The notes beneath the pieces were generated by a model. The model was not told where the DNA came from, made no database searches, and was given only the letters and a program-made list of their open reading frames with translations. The position numbers and the translations under genes are program-made. From Patescibacteria group bacterium (GTDB lineage: Bacteria > Patescibacteriota > Minisyncoccia > 2-02-FULL-40-12 > GWA2-44-9), in assembly GCA_038064515.1 (NCBI GenBank), contig JBBTSY010000006.1:1-32401 (forward strand): a stretch of 32,401 bases of DNA, in the 5' to 3' direction. Position 1 is the first letter of the stretch; each line of letters opens with the position of its first letter. Shown here piece after piece: positions 16,288-25,260 of this stretch.

Positions 16288-17664
16288 ATGAAGAACGATG
16301 ACCTCTGGAAAGCGGTATTAGGAGAGATGGAACTTTCCCTAACAAGAGCTAACTTTACGACGTGGTTTAAAAATACGCTTATCGTATCTCAAGACCCAAA
16401 TATGATTCTCGTGAGTGTCCCAAATGGTTTTGTAAAAGAATGGCTGGAAAACAAATTTAATCGGGCGATCTTGCAGTCAATCCGTAAACTCATACCAGAG
16501 GTTCGAGAGGTCCGCTACGTCATCGGTCAGCCAAAAATTGAAGCTATTAAGCAGGATATTTCACACATAATGCTCGATAAAGAGTTGGTGGAAAAGACTC
16601 AACCGGAACCAGAACAGGATATTGATAAAACAACAAATTTAAATAAGAAGTATTCGTTTGATTCTTTCGTGGTGGGCTCGAGTAATGAGCTCGCCCATGC
16701 CGCCTCCCTTGCGGTCTCTAAAACTCTAGGCAAGCTCTATAATCCATTATTCCTTTATGGGGGAGTGGGACTTGGAAAAACTCATTTAGTTCAGGCAATT
16801 GGCAATAAACTCTTTGCCACTAATCATGATCGGAAGATTTTGTATATCTCCGCGGAAAAACTAACGGCCAATATCGTCGAGTCTATTCGCACAAAAACAA
16901 TTGAAGATCTGAAAAATCAATACTCCCGCCTCGACCTTTTGGTTATTGACGATATCCAATTCATCGCGGGAAAGGAGAAGACCCAAGATATTGTCTTCTC
17001 GATATTCAATGAACTCCACGTTAGAAATAAGCAGGTTGTCCTCACGTCCGACCGCCTCCCAAAAGCAATCCCCGCGCTCGAGGAGAGATTAAGTTCGCGC
17101 TTCGAGGGAGGAATGATAGCGGATGTAGGAATGCCTGATTTTGAGACTCGCCTTGCCATCCTTAAACTTAAGTGTATCGAGAAGGGATATGAAGCCACCG
17201 ACGAGGTTCTCTCTTATGTGGCTACAAATATTCAAAAGAATGTTCGTGAACTTGAGGGAGCGCTAAATAGAATTGCCGCGTTTGCTCAAATATACAACAA
17301 ACCCCCCGAATTAAAAGAGGTAAAAAGTATCCTTAACGCTTATCTTAGCGTTCCTTACCGAAAAACGTCGCCACAGTCAGTTTTAAAGGCAGTAGCTGAT
17401 TTTTACAACATCCCCCCCATCGACCTCTTAAAACGTAGCCGTAAAAAAGAGATTGTTAGACCGCGTCAAATAGCAATGTATCTACTTCGTGAAGAAATTA
17501 AACTATCCTTTCCAGAAATCGGCCAAAAACTAGGGGGGCGAGACCATTCGACGGTAATCCACGCTTGTGAGAAAATTAGAAAAGACGAGGCCGCGAGCGA
17601 GCCCACTAAACAAGAGTTGATTCTTATTAAAGAGCGTATTTATAATTCATTTGAAAATAAGTAG
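16288..17664 (+). CDS. dnaA: Chromosomal replication initiator DnaA
   Basis: LN.KY.FDSFVVG.SN, YNPLFLYGGVGLGKTHL, LLVIDDIQF, NVRELEGAL, RQIAMYL, GGRDHSTVIHA. Confidence 0.99.
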   Translation: MKNDDLWKAVLGEMELSLTRANFTTWFKNTLIVSQDPNMILVSVPNGFVKEWLENKFNRAILQSIRKLIPEVREVRYVIGQPKIEAIKQDISHIMLDKELVEKTQPEPEQDIDKTTNLNKKYSFDSFVVGSSNELAHAASLAVSKTLGKLYNPLFLYGGVGLGKTHLVQAIGNKLFATNHDRKILYISAEKLTANIVESIRTKTIEDLKNQYSRLDLLVIDDIQFIAGKEKTQDIVFSIFNELHVRNKQVVLTSDRLPKAIPALEERLSSRFEGGMIADVGMPDFETRLAILKLKCIEKGYEATDEVLSYVATNIQKNVRELEGALNRIAAFAQIYNKPPELKEVKSILNAYLSVPYRKTSPQSVLKAVADFYNIPPIDLLKRSRKKEIVRPRQIAMYLLREEIKLSFPEIGQKLGGRDHSTVIHACEKIRKDEAASEPTKQELILIKERIYNSFENK

Positions 17665-17923
17665 TCTTGGATAAAGTGTTCATAAGAAGCGTATAGCTTT
17701 GTGGGTGATGTGTGTATGACCTTAAGAAGACATAAATTTTTATTTGATTATAAACACACGATGATTTACTTATCCCCATTATGTCGACATTTCTTCGTAG
17801 TTAAATAAAACCAAATTTATTAGGAGGAGCTTAGAAAACGGGGGTATAGTAAAAAGTTTTCCCCATATTCACAACCCTAATAGTAATAATAAAATAAATA
17901 ATTATTACTATTATTAAAAACAT
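17665..17923. other. Probable oriC unwinding region (dnaA-dnaN intergenic)
   Basis: AT-rich 259-bp gap with several degenerate DnaA boxes (CTTGGATAA 17666, TGTGTATGA, TTATCCCCA 17770, TTTTCCCCA, ATATTCACA), followed by ACCC and TAA/TAG triplets resembling DnaA-trios. Confidence 0.8.
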
Positions 17924-19015
17924 ATGAAAGTTACTATTAATCAACAAAATCTTAAGAAAGCTCTCGGTCTCGTTGAGCGTATAGTCTCCCGCAATATTTC
18001 CCTACCTATTTTAAATAATGTCCTTTTAAGGACCGAGAACGGGCGCTTAAAAGTTTCGGCGACAAACCTCGAGATCGGCATTAACTATCTTATTGGGGCA
18101 AAAATTGAAGAAGTGGGGGATATTGCCGTACCGGCGCGAATCTTTTCCGATTTCATCGCAAACACAGATGAAGACATTATCACACTAACAACTAAGAACA
18201 ACAGTCTTTTTATTAATTCAAAACGTTATAAAACTCAAATTTTAGGTTTTGATACGAAAGAGTACCCCATTATTCCTAAAATCAAAGAAGGGGTAATTTG
18301 CACACTGCCCGCGAAGCAGGTTCATGCCGCCTTTACTCAAGTTGTGGACTCAATCGCACTATCGGAGAGCCGAGCGGAGTTAGCGGGATTATATATGCGT
18401 TTTACGGCCAAAGAGCTTATCTGCGCCGCCACAGACAGCTTTCGCCTAGTGGAGAGAGTGATTACCACTCCTTGTGCGCGAGACTACTCAATAATCCTTC
18501 CTCGCAATACTGTTACTGAATTAATCCGTGTGGCCGATGAGGTTGAGGGGGAAATTACGATTCGTGTGAGCGATAATCAAATCGCTTTTTCGAGCGACGA
18601 TTGTGAGGTCGTCTCACGGCTTATTGATGGGAAGTATCCGGACTACAAACGGGTTATTCCAGAGAAGTTTATATCAAAGACACTTGTGGCAAAGAGCGAT
18701 CTCGAAAAAAATACCCGCTTGGCCGGCCTCTTCTCCTCAAGTATCTCCGATGTAAAACTTTCATGTGTCGAAAAATACTTACAAATTGTAGCTAAAAACT
18801 CTGATCGGGGAGAGGCAAGTGTGGAGATTGAGGCGCTTTTAAAAAATGATCCGTACGAAGTAACTCTTAATTATCACTATCTTTTAGACGGGCTCAAAAT
18901 AATACCTACCGATAAGGTGGTGATTGAATTCACCGGCGCGGGGAGTCCGTTGGTGTTAAAACCGACAGACGATTCGTTTGGTCTAGTGTATCTTATAATG
19001 CCCCTACGAAGCTAA
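17924..19015 (+). CDS. dnaN: DNA polymerase III beta sliding clamp
   Basis: LPILNNVL, ATNLE, ATDSFRL, SRLIDGKYPDYKRVIP, YLIMPLR. Confidence 0.98.
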   Translation: MKVTINQQNLKKALGLVERIVSRNISLPILNNVLLRTENGRLKVSATNLEIGINYLIGAKIEEVGDIAVPARIFSDFIANTDEDIITLTTKNNSLFINSKRYKTQILGFDTKEYPIIPKIKEGVICTLPAKQVHAAFTQVVDSIALSESRAELAGLYMRFTAKELICAATDSFRLVERVITTPCARDYSIILPRNTVTELIRVADEVEGEITIRVSDNQIAFSSDDCEVVSRLIDGKYPDYKRVIPEKFISKTLVAKSDLEKNTRLAGLFSSSISDVKLSCVEKYLQIVAKNSDRGEASVEIEALLKNDPYEVTLNYHYLLDGLKIIPTDKVVIEFTGAGSPLVLKPTDDSFGLVYLIMPLRS

Positions 19016-19016
19016 A

Positions 19017-19298
19017 ATGCTTAAATCAATTAGTGGTCCATTAAGACGAAGAGAGGCGTCGTACCAACAAAATCAAAGCCGACTCACGATCGTTGCCGAG
19101 ATTATAAAAATCTTTTTCCAGCAGAACCTAAACATTGATTTTATGGCCAGCGGAACGCGCTGTGAATGGGCGCAAAATATCCTCGAAATCCATACGGGCA
19201 ACAAAGCGCTTGCTAGCGAACTCACGATAAGATTGGGTGAATTCACTAAATTTCTTGGAGAGCGGGGAGTGGAGCCATTACAAATTATTATTAGGTGA
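19017..19298 (+). CDS. Small protein, DciA/DUF721-like helicase-loader candidate
   Basis: 93 aa, starting 1 nt after dnaN; LEI...N.ALASEL...L...L...I.I pattern resembles the DUF721 fold. Confidence 0.5.
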   Translation: MLKSISGPLRRREASYQQNQSRLTIVAEIIKIFFQQNLNIDFMASGTRCEWAQNILEIHTGNKALASELTIRLGEFTKFLGERGVEPLQIIIR

Positions 19299-21449
19299 GC
19301 TGGTTGGGAGGGGGGGCGAGGGAATAGGAGTTTGTTGTGGTGGCTGAAAATTATATTGTACCGCCCATTCCCAATTGGCAAACTGAACATCTGCCGACGG
19401 GTTCGCGGGAAAGGCACCGCGCGGATTACTCCGGGTCACATAGTATAGAATGCTGTGTACTTCGTTATTATAGGCATAGGTGCCGTTGAGCATCACTTTG
19501 TCGGAGTTGGCTGGGTTTGGCCGAGAGAATGACTCTCGGGGCAATTTAGAGAGCGCCGCGGCCATAAAGGCGTTCCATAACGGACCCGCGGCGCTGATAC
19601 CTGCGCCTGCGGCAGTCATTTGTTGGTTGCGATTATTACCAACCCAGACTCCTAACACGAGATTTGGTGTGTATCCGACAACCCAAGCATCTTTATTCAA
19701 CTGTGTAGTTCCCGTCTTTGCGGCTACCTCGCGGCCAGGGAAGTAGAGAGGACTATTGGGGCCGAATACGGGAGCGCGAGCGCTGTTGTCAGATAAAATA
19801 TCATTTATAAGACGCGCTACCTGCTCATTAATAACGCGCGTAGGATTGCTTTCTTTTTCTTCAAGTATTAAATCATCTCCCAGCGCCACTCGCTGGATGA
19901 GGCCCCACTGGTTACGGACACCATCGTTAGCGAACACCCCGTATGCGGAGACGATATCCACGAGTTTTACCTCCGCGCCGCCCAGCACAAGCGCCAAGCC
20001 ATACGGGGGTTCTTCGCGAAGAGTGGTTATTCCCATTTTTTTAGCTGTTTCTACCGTATCATTGATGCCAGCTAGGTATAACATTTTTACCGAGGGGACG
20101 TTTAGTGACTGGGCGAGTGCCTGACGAAGGGTAACAGGACCCCGGAAACGCAGATCGTAGTCATTGGGATGGTAACAATCCAAGCCAAAACGATCGCGCG
20201 CCTGGGTTCCGGCCGGGGAGCAGTAAGGATTAAATTCCGTTCGAACATCAAAGAGCACCATTGAGTCGGTATATCCCTTTTGGATGGCGGTTGCGTAAGC
20301 GAAGGGCTTAAAAGCGGAACCTGGCTGACGGAGAGCTGTCGCGACGTTGAAATTCCCCTCATTCGCGACGTCAAAATAGTCCTTAGAACCAACGAGAGCC
20401 AGAACATCGCCTGTTTGAGGATCAATGGCAACCAGCGCAGCATTGCTTGCTCGGTAGCGCTTATTTATCTCGCCATATTTGGCGACAAGCTCTTCGGCTT
20501 TCTTCTGAAGCTCCGCATCCAAAGTGGTAATAATTTTAAAACCGCCGCTTGAGACGCGCTCTTCGCCGTATTTCTTAATTAACTCTTCGCGTGCCATGAT
20601 GACAAAATGCGGCGCGACGAGCTTATTTTGTTGCGGTTTGAAAACAATCTCCTCATTCAGGGCATCTTGGTATTGCTTCTCATCGATGTGGCTCAAGTCT
20701 TTCATGCGGCGCAGAATAGAATTTTTGCGTTGCAATAGGGCGTCGACATTCTTTCCGTAAGGGGAATAATACGAGGGTACTTGGATCATTGCGGCGAGAA
20801 TTGCCGATTCGTTGAGAGTGAGGTCTGCCGCCTTTTTACCGAAATAAAGTTGAGATGCCGCCTCCGCGCCATATGCCGTGGAGCCCCACGGGATTTGATT
20901 TAGGTACATCCAAAGAATCTCATCTTTAGAGAAGCGCCGCTCAATTTCTACCGAAAGCATAATCTCGCGGAGTTTCCGGGAAATCTTTTTCTGGCCGCCA
21001 AGTAGAGCATTTTTTACAAGCTGTTGGGTGATTGTCGATCCGCCTTCGGCAAATTCTGTGTTCTGAATGTCGCGAATGATAGCGCGAATAATGCCGCGAA
21101 AATCAATACCGCGGTGTTCGTAGAATTTACTGTCTTCAGAAGAAATTACCGCGTCTCTAAGGGTTTGGGGAATTTCATTCCAGGAAATAATTGTGCGTTT
21201 TTCACTGTCGTAAATATCATAAAGAAGCACTTCGCCGGTGCGGTCATATACTTTTGTTGATTCTTTGATTTGGCGAGTGATGATAGTTTCGGGATCGGGA
21301 AGCGTTGTGCGCAGGTAGATGAGGTACAAAAGTATTCCAATGCAGGCAACGACCACAATCCAAAGCACGGGCATGGCCCATGCTTTTTTCTCTTTGATTT
21401 TTAATTGTATTTTTTCTAGGAATGTCACGGGAGGTTTGTGTGCGGCCAT
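19278..21449 (-). CDS. Class A penicillin-binding protein (transglycosylase + transpeptidase)
   Basis: N-terminal TM; EDSKFYEHRGID, GGSTITQQL, RKLRE; SAFK (SxxK), SLN (SxN), KTGT. Confidence 0.96.
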   Translation of the reverse strand: MAAHKPPVTFLEKIQLKIKEKKAWAMPVLWIVVVACIGILLYLIYLRTTLPDPETIITRQIKESTKVYDRTGEVLLYDIYDSEKRTIISWNEIPQTLRDAVISSEDSKFYEHRGIDFRGIIRAIIRDIQNTEFAEGGSTITQQLVKNALLGGQKKISRKLREIMLSVEIERRFSKDEILWMYLNQIPWGSTAYGAEAASQLYFGKKAADLTLNESAILAAMIQVPSYYSPYGKNVDALLQRKNSILRRMKDLSHIDEKQYQDALNEEIVFKPQQNKLVAPHFVIMAREELIKKYGEERVSSGGFKIITTLDAELQKKAEELVAKYGEINKRYRASNAALVAIDPQTGDVLALVGSKDYFDVANEGNFNVATALRQPGSAFKPFAYATAIQKGYTDSMVLFDVRTEFNPYCSPAGTQARDRFGLDCYHPNDYDLRFRGPVTLRQALAQSLNVPSVKMLYLAGINDTVETAKKMGITTLREEPPYGLALVLGGAEVKLVDIVSAYGVFANDGVRNQWGLIQRVALGDDLILEEKESNPTRVINEQVARLINDILSDNSARAPVFGPNSPLYFPGREVAAKTGTTQLNKDAWVVGYTPNLVLGVWVGNNRNQQMTAAGAGISAAGPLWNAFMAAALSKLPRESFSRPNPANSDKVMLNGTYAYNNEVHSILYYVTRSNPRGAFPANPSADVQFANWEWAVQYNFQPPQQTPIPSPPLPTSSPNNNL

Positions 21450-21481
21450 TGTGCCATTAAAAGGGCTCTTTTACAAGCAGT

Positions 21482-21510
21482 TTTACAAGAAATTATGAAA
21501 AATGTATGAT
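21482..21510 (+). promoter_or_regulatory. Sigma70-type promoter of tyrS (leaderless start at ATG 21518)
   Basis: TTTACA (21482-87)-17 nt-TATGAT (21505-10); ATG 7 nt downstream. Confidence 0.6.
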
Positions 21511-21517
21511 ATCACGT

Positions 21518-22645
21518 ATGGCGGTTATTATCGATGAAGCACAAATCCGAACTTTCTTAACTCGGCGAGCGGAGGCAGTTTTCCCATCACTTAATCAGGC
21601 ACTCACTTGTTTTAAAAAAGGCAAACCTCTACGAATTTACTGGGGGATCGATCCGTCCCGGCCAGAGATCCATATTGGCCACACAATCTCATTGCTGTGG
21701 CTTAAAGAACTTGCCGCGTTGGGACATAAGCCGATATTGCTCATTGGAGATTTCACTGCGCAGATAGGTGACCCTACGGGAAAGGATGCAACCCGTCCGG
21801 CATTAACAGAAGAGCAGATTCGTGAAAACATGAAGACCTATCTTGAACAGGCGGAAAAGATTATTCCGAGAGAGAATTTTGATGTCGAGTACAATAGTAA
21901 GTGGCTTAAACCAATGTCATTTGAGGGTGTTTTAAAGTTGGCTAGCCATCTTACCGTGCAACAAATGATTCAACGAGACATGTTTCAAGAGCGACTCAAG
22001 CAAGAGCGACCGATCTACCTTCATGAGTTTTTATACCCATTAATGCAGGGGTTCGATTCAGTGGCGCTCGAGACCGATGGAGAGCTTGGGGGGAGCGACC
22101 AGACGTTTAATATGCTTGTGGGCCGGTCTCTGGAGCGCGCCCTTATTAAAAAAGAAAAGCTTGTTTTTACAACACCGCTACTCGTAAATCCAAACGGAAA
22201 GAAGATGAGCAAAAGCGAAGGCGAGATTATTGCTCTCACCGATGAGCCCCAGGAAATCCGGCGCAAGATACTCTTATTTCCCGACGGATATATAAAAACA
22301 ATTTTCACTCTTTGTACTGAAAAGGATATTGCTTGGATTGAGGAGCAGGCTAAAAAACAAGAACCTCGCCAATTGAAAGAAATGCTAGCCGACGAACTTG
22401 TGCGTATGTATCACGGCGATGAAGCGACGACTGAAGCCCGAGAGCCAATTGAAGTACCCTCGGGAGCGCCCCTGGCCCAATCGCTGAAAGTGTGGGGAGC
22501 GACTACAACAATATCGGCGGGGAAAGATATTATTACAAGTGGCGGGGTAACGGTGAATGAAAAAAAAGAAGCTGATTGGAATTATCTACCTAAAGCCGGG
22601 GATAAAATTCAAGTCGGGAAAGGGAAATTTTACAAAGTAAAATAA
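21518..22645 (+). CDS. tyrS: Tyrosyl-tRNA synthetase (ORF track start 21506; 21518 preferred)
   Basis: YWGIDPS, HIGH, IGDPTGK, YPLMQGFD, GGSDQ, KMSKS, C-terminal S4-like domain (VGKGKF). Confidence 0.97.
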   Translation: MAVIIDEAQIRTFLTRRAEAVFPSLNQALTCFKKGKPLRIYWGIDPSRPEIHIGHTISLLWLKELAALGHKPILLIGDFTAQIGDPTGKDATRPALTEEQIRENMKTYLEQAEKIIPRENFDVEYNSKWLKPMSFEGVLKLASHLTVQQMIQRDMFQERLKQERPIYLHEFLYPLMQGFDSVALETDGELGGSDQTFNMLVGRSLERALIKKEKLVFTTPLLVNPNGKKMSKSEGEIIALTDEPQEIRRKILLFPDGYIKTIFTLCTEKDIAWIEEQAKKQEPRQLKEMLADELVRMYHGDEATTEAREPIEVPSGAPLAQSLKVWGATTTISAGKDIITSGGVTVNEKKEADWNYLPKAGDKIQVGKGKFYKVK

Positions 22646-22719
22646 AACCCCGCCCCTAGGCCCGTGATTCACAGTATTATACCGCGTTCGTGAGCTTAGG
22701 GGGGGGCGGGGTTTTATTT
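22640..22719. terminator. Long inverted repeat, probable bidirectional terminator between convergent genes
   Basis: 17-bp perfect arms AAATAAAACCCCGCCCC (22640-56) and GGGGCGGGGTTTTATTT (22703-19), with a 46-nt spacer. Confidence 0.7.
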
Positions 22720-22894
22720 AGGCTTCTGGTAATTTGTCTTCCTCTTCCTCCTCTTCTTCTTCTACTATATCAGCATCTTCTTCTTCCTCTTCTTCCTCCT
22801 CTTCTTCCACGATATCCTTCTCGGGTTCAATATCGTCTTCGAGAACCAAGCTCTCATCTTCTGTCGAGAATAACAATACTTCTTCTTGGGGCAT
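22718..22894 (-). CDS. 58-aa hyper-acidic small protein
   Basis: ATG at 22894; MPQEEV...DIV(E)10DADIV(E)8DKLPEA; own upstream promoter TTGACT-16-TACAAT and a downstream terminator. Confidence 0.65.
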   Translation of the reverse strand: MPQEEVLLFSTEDESLVLEDDIEPEKDIVEEEEEEEEEEDADIVEEEEEEEEDKLPEA

Positions 22895-22965
22895 AATGTG
22901 AATTTTAATTAAATATATACACTCGACCAACCTCAGGAAATGGAATTTTCCCTACGTATGCGGTC

Positions 22966-22993
22966 ATTGTAATGATGCAGAAGATAAAGTCAA
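22966..22993 (-). promoter_or_regulatory. Sigma70-type promoter for the acidic small ORF
   Basis: Minus strand TTGACT-16 nt-TACAAT. Confidence 0.55.
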
Positions 22994-22999
22994 TAGTCT

Positions 23000-23467
23000 C
23001 TAGAAAGGATGCAGGACGGCGCATAGTGCCAAAGCCAGCGCGTCGGCGGCATCATCGGGTTTGATGACCTCCTTTAGTCCCAATATCATCTGCACCATAC
23101 GTTGCATTTGCTTTTTATCCGCTTGGCCATAATGAGCGACTGCCTGTTTCACCTGGAGCGGCGTAAGCTCTTGGATTGCGACAGCATGATTGGCGAGGGT
23201 AAGGATGATAACGCCTCGCGTTTCGGCTACGACCATCGCAGTTTTTTGATTCTTTGTGAAAAAAAGGCGCTCGACCACTGCTAGAGTTGGGCGATACTGC
23301 TTAATAAGTGTCGAGAGCTCTTGGGCGGTATGTTTGAGGTCATGTGCCCGATTGACGCCTGGATTAATAATCGTGCCGTAAGTAAGGCATCGTGCGCGGC
23401 TTTTATCGTGCTCGACGACGCCAAAACCGATTTTCGTTGAGCCGGGATCGATGCCGATGGTGATCAT
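23000..23467 (-). CDS. ruvC: Holliday junction resolvase RuvC
   Basis: IGIDPG, VERLFF.KN, TPLQVKQAV..YG.ADK.Q, PDDAADALA. Confidence 0.96.
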   Translation of the reverse strand: MITIGIDPGSTKIGFGVVEHDKSRARCLTYGTIINPGVNRAHDLKHTAQELSTLIKQYRPTLAVVERLFFTKNQKTAMVVAETRGVIILTLANHAVAIQELTPLQVKQAVAHYGQADKKQMQRMVQMILGLKEVIKPDDAADALALALCAVLHPF

Positions 23468-23487
23468 GTGCTGTTGGTGAATATATT

Positions 23488-24168
23488 TTATACGTCGTCG
23501 TTATTATCGAGAGCTTCGAGAATTCGGTCTAATTTCTTGAAATCGTCTGAAGATAATGCAACCAAAGAAGAGGGAACGAGCTCGAGTCCGGATTCATCAG
23601 CGGACACCAGTGGCTGGAGCTCTTTTTGAATGCGCTCTAAATCATCTGACCGAGTATAGATAGCAATATCTCCATTATGCTCCCGAACATCTTCGGCGCC
23701 CGCCTCAATAGCTTTGAGCTCGAGTTCCTCTGGATGTGCCGGGTGCGCAAAGCGAAGGATGCCCATTCTTTTAAACATCCACGAAAGCGATCCTTCCTGT
23801 CTCATGTGCACATCCAGTTTTGTAAGAAGTGTTCGCAACTCACTAATAGTGCGATTACGGTTATCGGTAATGGCGGTGATGATCATAGCCACGTTTCCGG
23901 GGCCGACAGCATCAAGCTGAAGCTCGGTAAGTTTCCCGGAATTTTTTTCAGAGACCTTTTTGATCGCTCGTTCAATGTTATCTTGCGGCATATTTAGCGA
24001 GCGGGCTTTATCGACGACGGCCTTAAGTCGGTAGTTACTTTTTGGGTCGGGGTTATTCTGCGCCGCGATCGTAATCTCACGAGAAATTTTACTGAAAACC
24101 TGACCTTTCTTTTGGTCAGTGATCGCCTTCTTATGCTTTATTTGCGCCCACTTGCTATGTCCGGCCAT
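23488..24168 (-). CDS. yebC: YebC/PmpR family protein with a premature TAA; the ancestral frame continues to TGA at 23464-23466
   Basis: MAGHSKWAQIKHKK, N-P-DNIERAI, TDNRNRT, AIEAGAEDV; ends DDV*NIFTNST*. Confidence 0.92.
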   Translation of the reverse strand: MAGHSKWAQIKHKKAITDQKKGQVFSKISREITIAAQNNPDPKSNYRLKAVVDKARSLNMPQDNIERAIKKVSEKNSGKLTELQLDAVGPGNVAMIITAITDNRNRTISELRTLLTKLDVHMRQEGSLSWMFKRMGILRFAHPAHPEELELKAIEAGAEDVREHNGDIAIYTRSDDLERIQKELQPLVSADESGLELVPSSLVALSSDDFKKLDRILEALDNNDDV

Positions 24169-24194
24169 TACTTACGAGAGTACCTGGGTATGGT

Positions 24195-25214
24195 TTAAAA
24201 ATCAAACACCTTTTCTTTGGATTTTAATCCCAGATGCTGTAACCCGGAATTTGTGATAATGCGGCCCTTTGATGTCCGAGCAAGAAAACCCATCCGCATG
24301 AGATAGGGTTCGTACACATCCTCAATGGTGGCCTCTTCTTCCGAAAGCGCCGCGGCGATTGTCTTAATACCGACCGGCCCCCCGTCGAATTTATCGGCGA
24401 TAACTCTAAGAATCTGCCGGTCAGTCTCTTCAAGGCCGCTCTTATCGATAGCTAGCATGGCCATCGCGCCTTGAGCCATGTCAGCAGTAACCGCAGAAGT
24501 CCCCTTGACCTGGGCGTAGTCGCGCGCACGCTTAAGGAGGCGATTAGCAACGCGGGGGGTGAAACGAGAAGATTGAGCGATTACAGTCAGAGCTTCCGGC
24601 TCTATAGTCACGCCAAGTTTTTCAGCTGAACGTAAAACTATTTTCTCAATATCTTCAGGGGTATAGAATTCTAAACGGAAGTTGGCACCAAAACGAGATC
24701 GAAAAGGCGCGGAAAGGAGGGAGATTTTGGTGGTAGCGGCGATAAGGGTAAAGTGGGGCAAGTCGATTTGGAGTGTTTTAGCCATGTTGCCCTTACCGAT
24801 TATGATATCGAGCTTAAAATTCTCCATGGCGGGGTAAATAACCTCTTCCACCATTCTGTTAAGGCGATGCACCTCATCGATAAAAAGTACATCGCCGTCC
24901 GATAAGCTACTAAGGATTGATCCGACATCACCGGCTTTCTCGAGGGCCGTACCAGAGGTTATTTTGAGATTGGTTCCGAGAGAATGTGCGATAAGGTAGG
25001 CGAGGGTGGTTTTTCCGAGTCCCGAAGGGCCATGAAGAAGAAGGTGTTCCACCGGTTCATTTCGCTTTTTTGCCGCCTCAAGGAGGATCCGGAGATTATC
25101 TTTAATTTGTTGCTGGCCAATATATTCTTGAAAGGTTTTTGGCCGCAAGGCATGGTCCAGAACTTGGTCGTCTAGGGTACTTTTGGGGGCCGTTTCGGGG
25201 GTCTTGACATTCAT
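24195..25214 (-). CDS. ruvB: Holliday junction branch-migration helicase RuvB
   Basis: LRPK.F.EYIGQ, GPSGLGKTTLA, FIDEVHRL, TPRVANRLL, GGPVG, VYEPYL. Confidence 0.98.
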   Translation of the reverse strand: MNVKTPETAPKSTLDDQVLDHALRPKTFQEYIGQQQIKDNLRILLEAAKKRNEPVEHLLLHGPSGLGKTTLAYLIAHSLGTNLKITSGTALEKAGDVGSILSSLSDGDVLFIDEVHRLNRMVEEVIYPAMENFKLDIIIGKGNMAKTLQIDLPHFTLIAATTKISLLSAPFRSRFGANFRLEFYTPEDIEKIVLRSAEKLGVTIEPEALTVIAQSSRFTPRVANRLLKRARDYAQVKGTSAVTADMAQGAMAMLAIDKSGLEETDRQILRVIADKFDGGPVGIKTIAAALSEEEATIEDVYEPYLMRMGFLARTSKGRIITNSGLQHLGLKSKEKVFDF

Positions 25215-25260
25215 CTGGTTTTAGATTACAATAGACAAGTAGACAATCCCGTTGTATAGT
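25204..25260 (+). promoter_or_regulatory. Two tandem plus-strand sigma70-like promoters pointing into the ruvB-pilB intergenic region
   Basis: TTGACA (25204-09)-17-TACAAT (25227-32) and TAGACA (25232-37)-17-TATAGT (25255-60). No plus-strand CDS follows. Confidence 0.6.

Noticed and set aside
21039-21050. TCCGCCTTCGGC resembling a palindromic micro-repeat in the PBP gene
   Set aside because: The stem is incomplete and it encodes the conserved (E/Q)GGSTITQQL transglycosylase motif, so no insertion is needed to explain it.
23000-23467. RuvC-fold protein as a Cas/TnpB-type nuclease
   Set aside because: It is a 155-aa canonical resolvase in yebC/ruvB context.
23488-23490. Alternative genetic code (stop reassignment) suggested by the in-frame stop in yebC
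   Set aside because: TAA, TAG and TGA all terminate conserved genes at expected positions elsewhere in the window.
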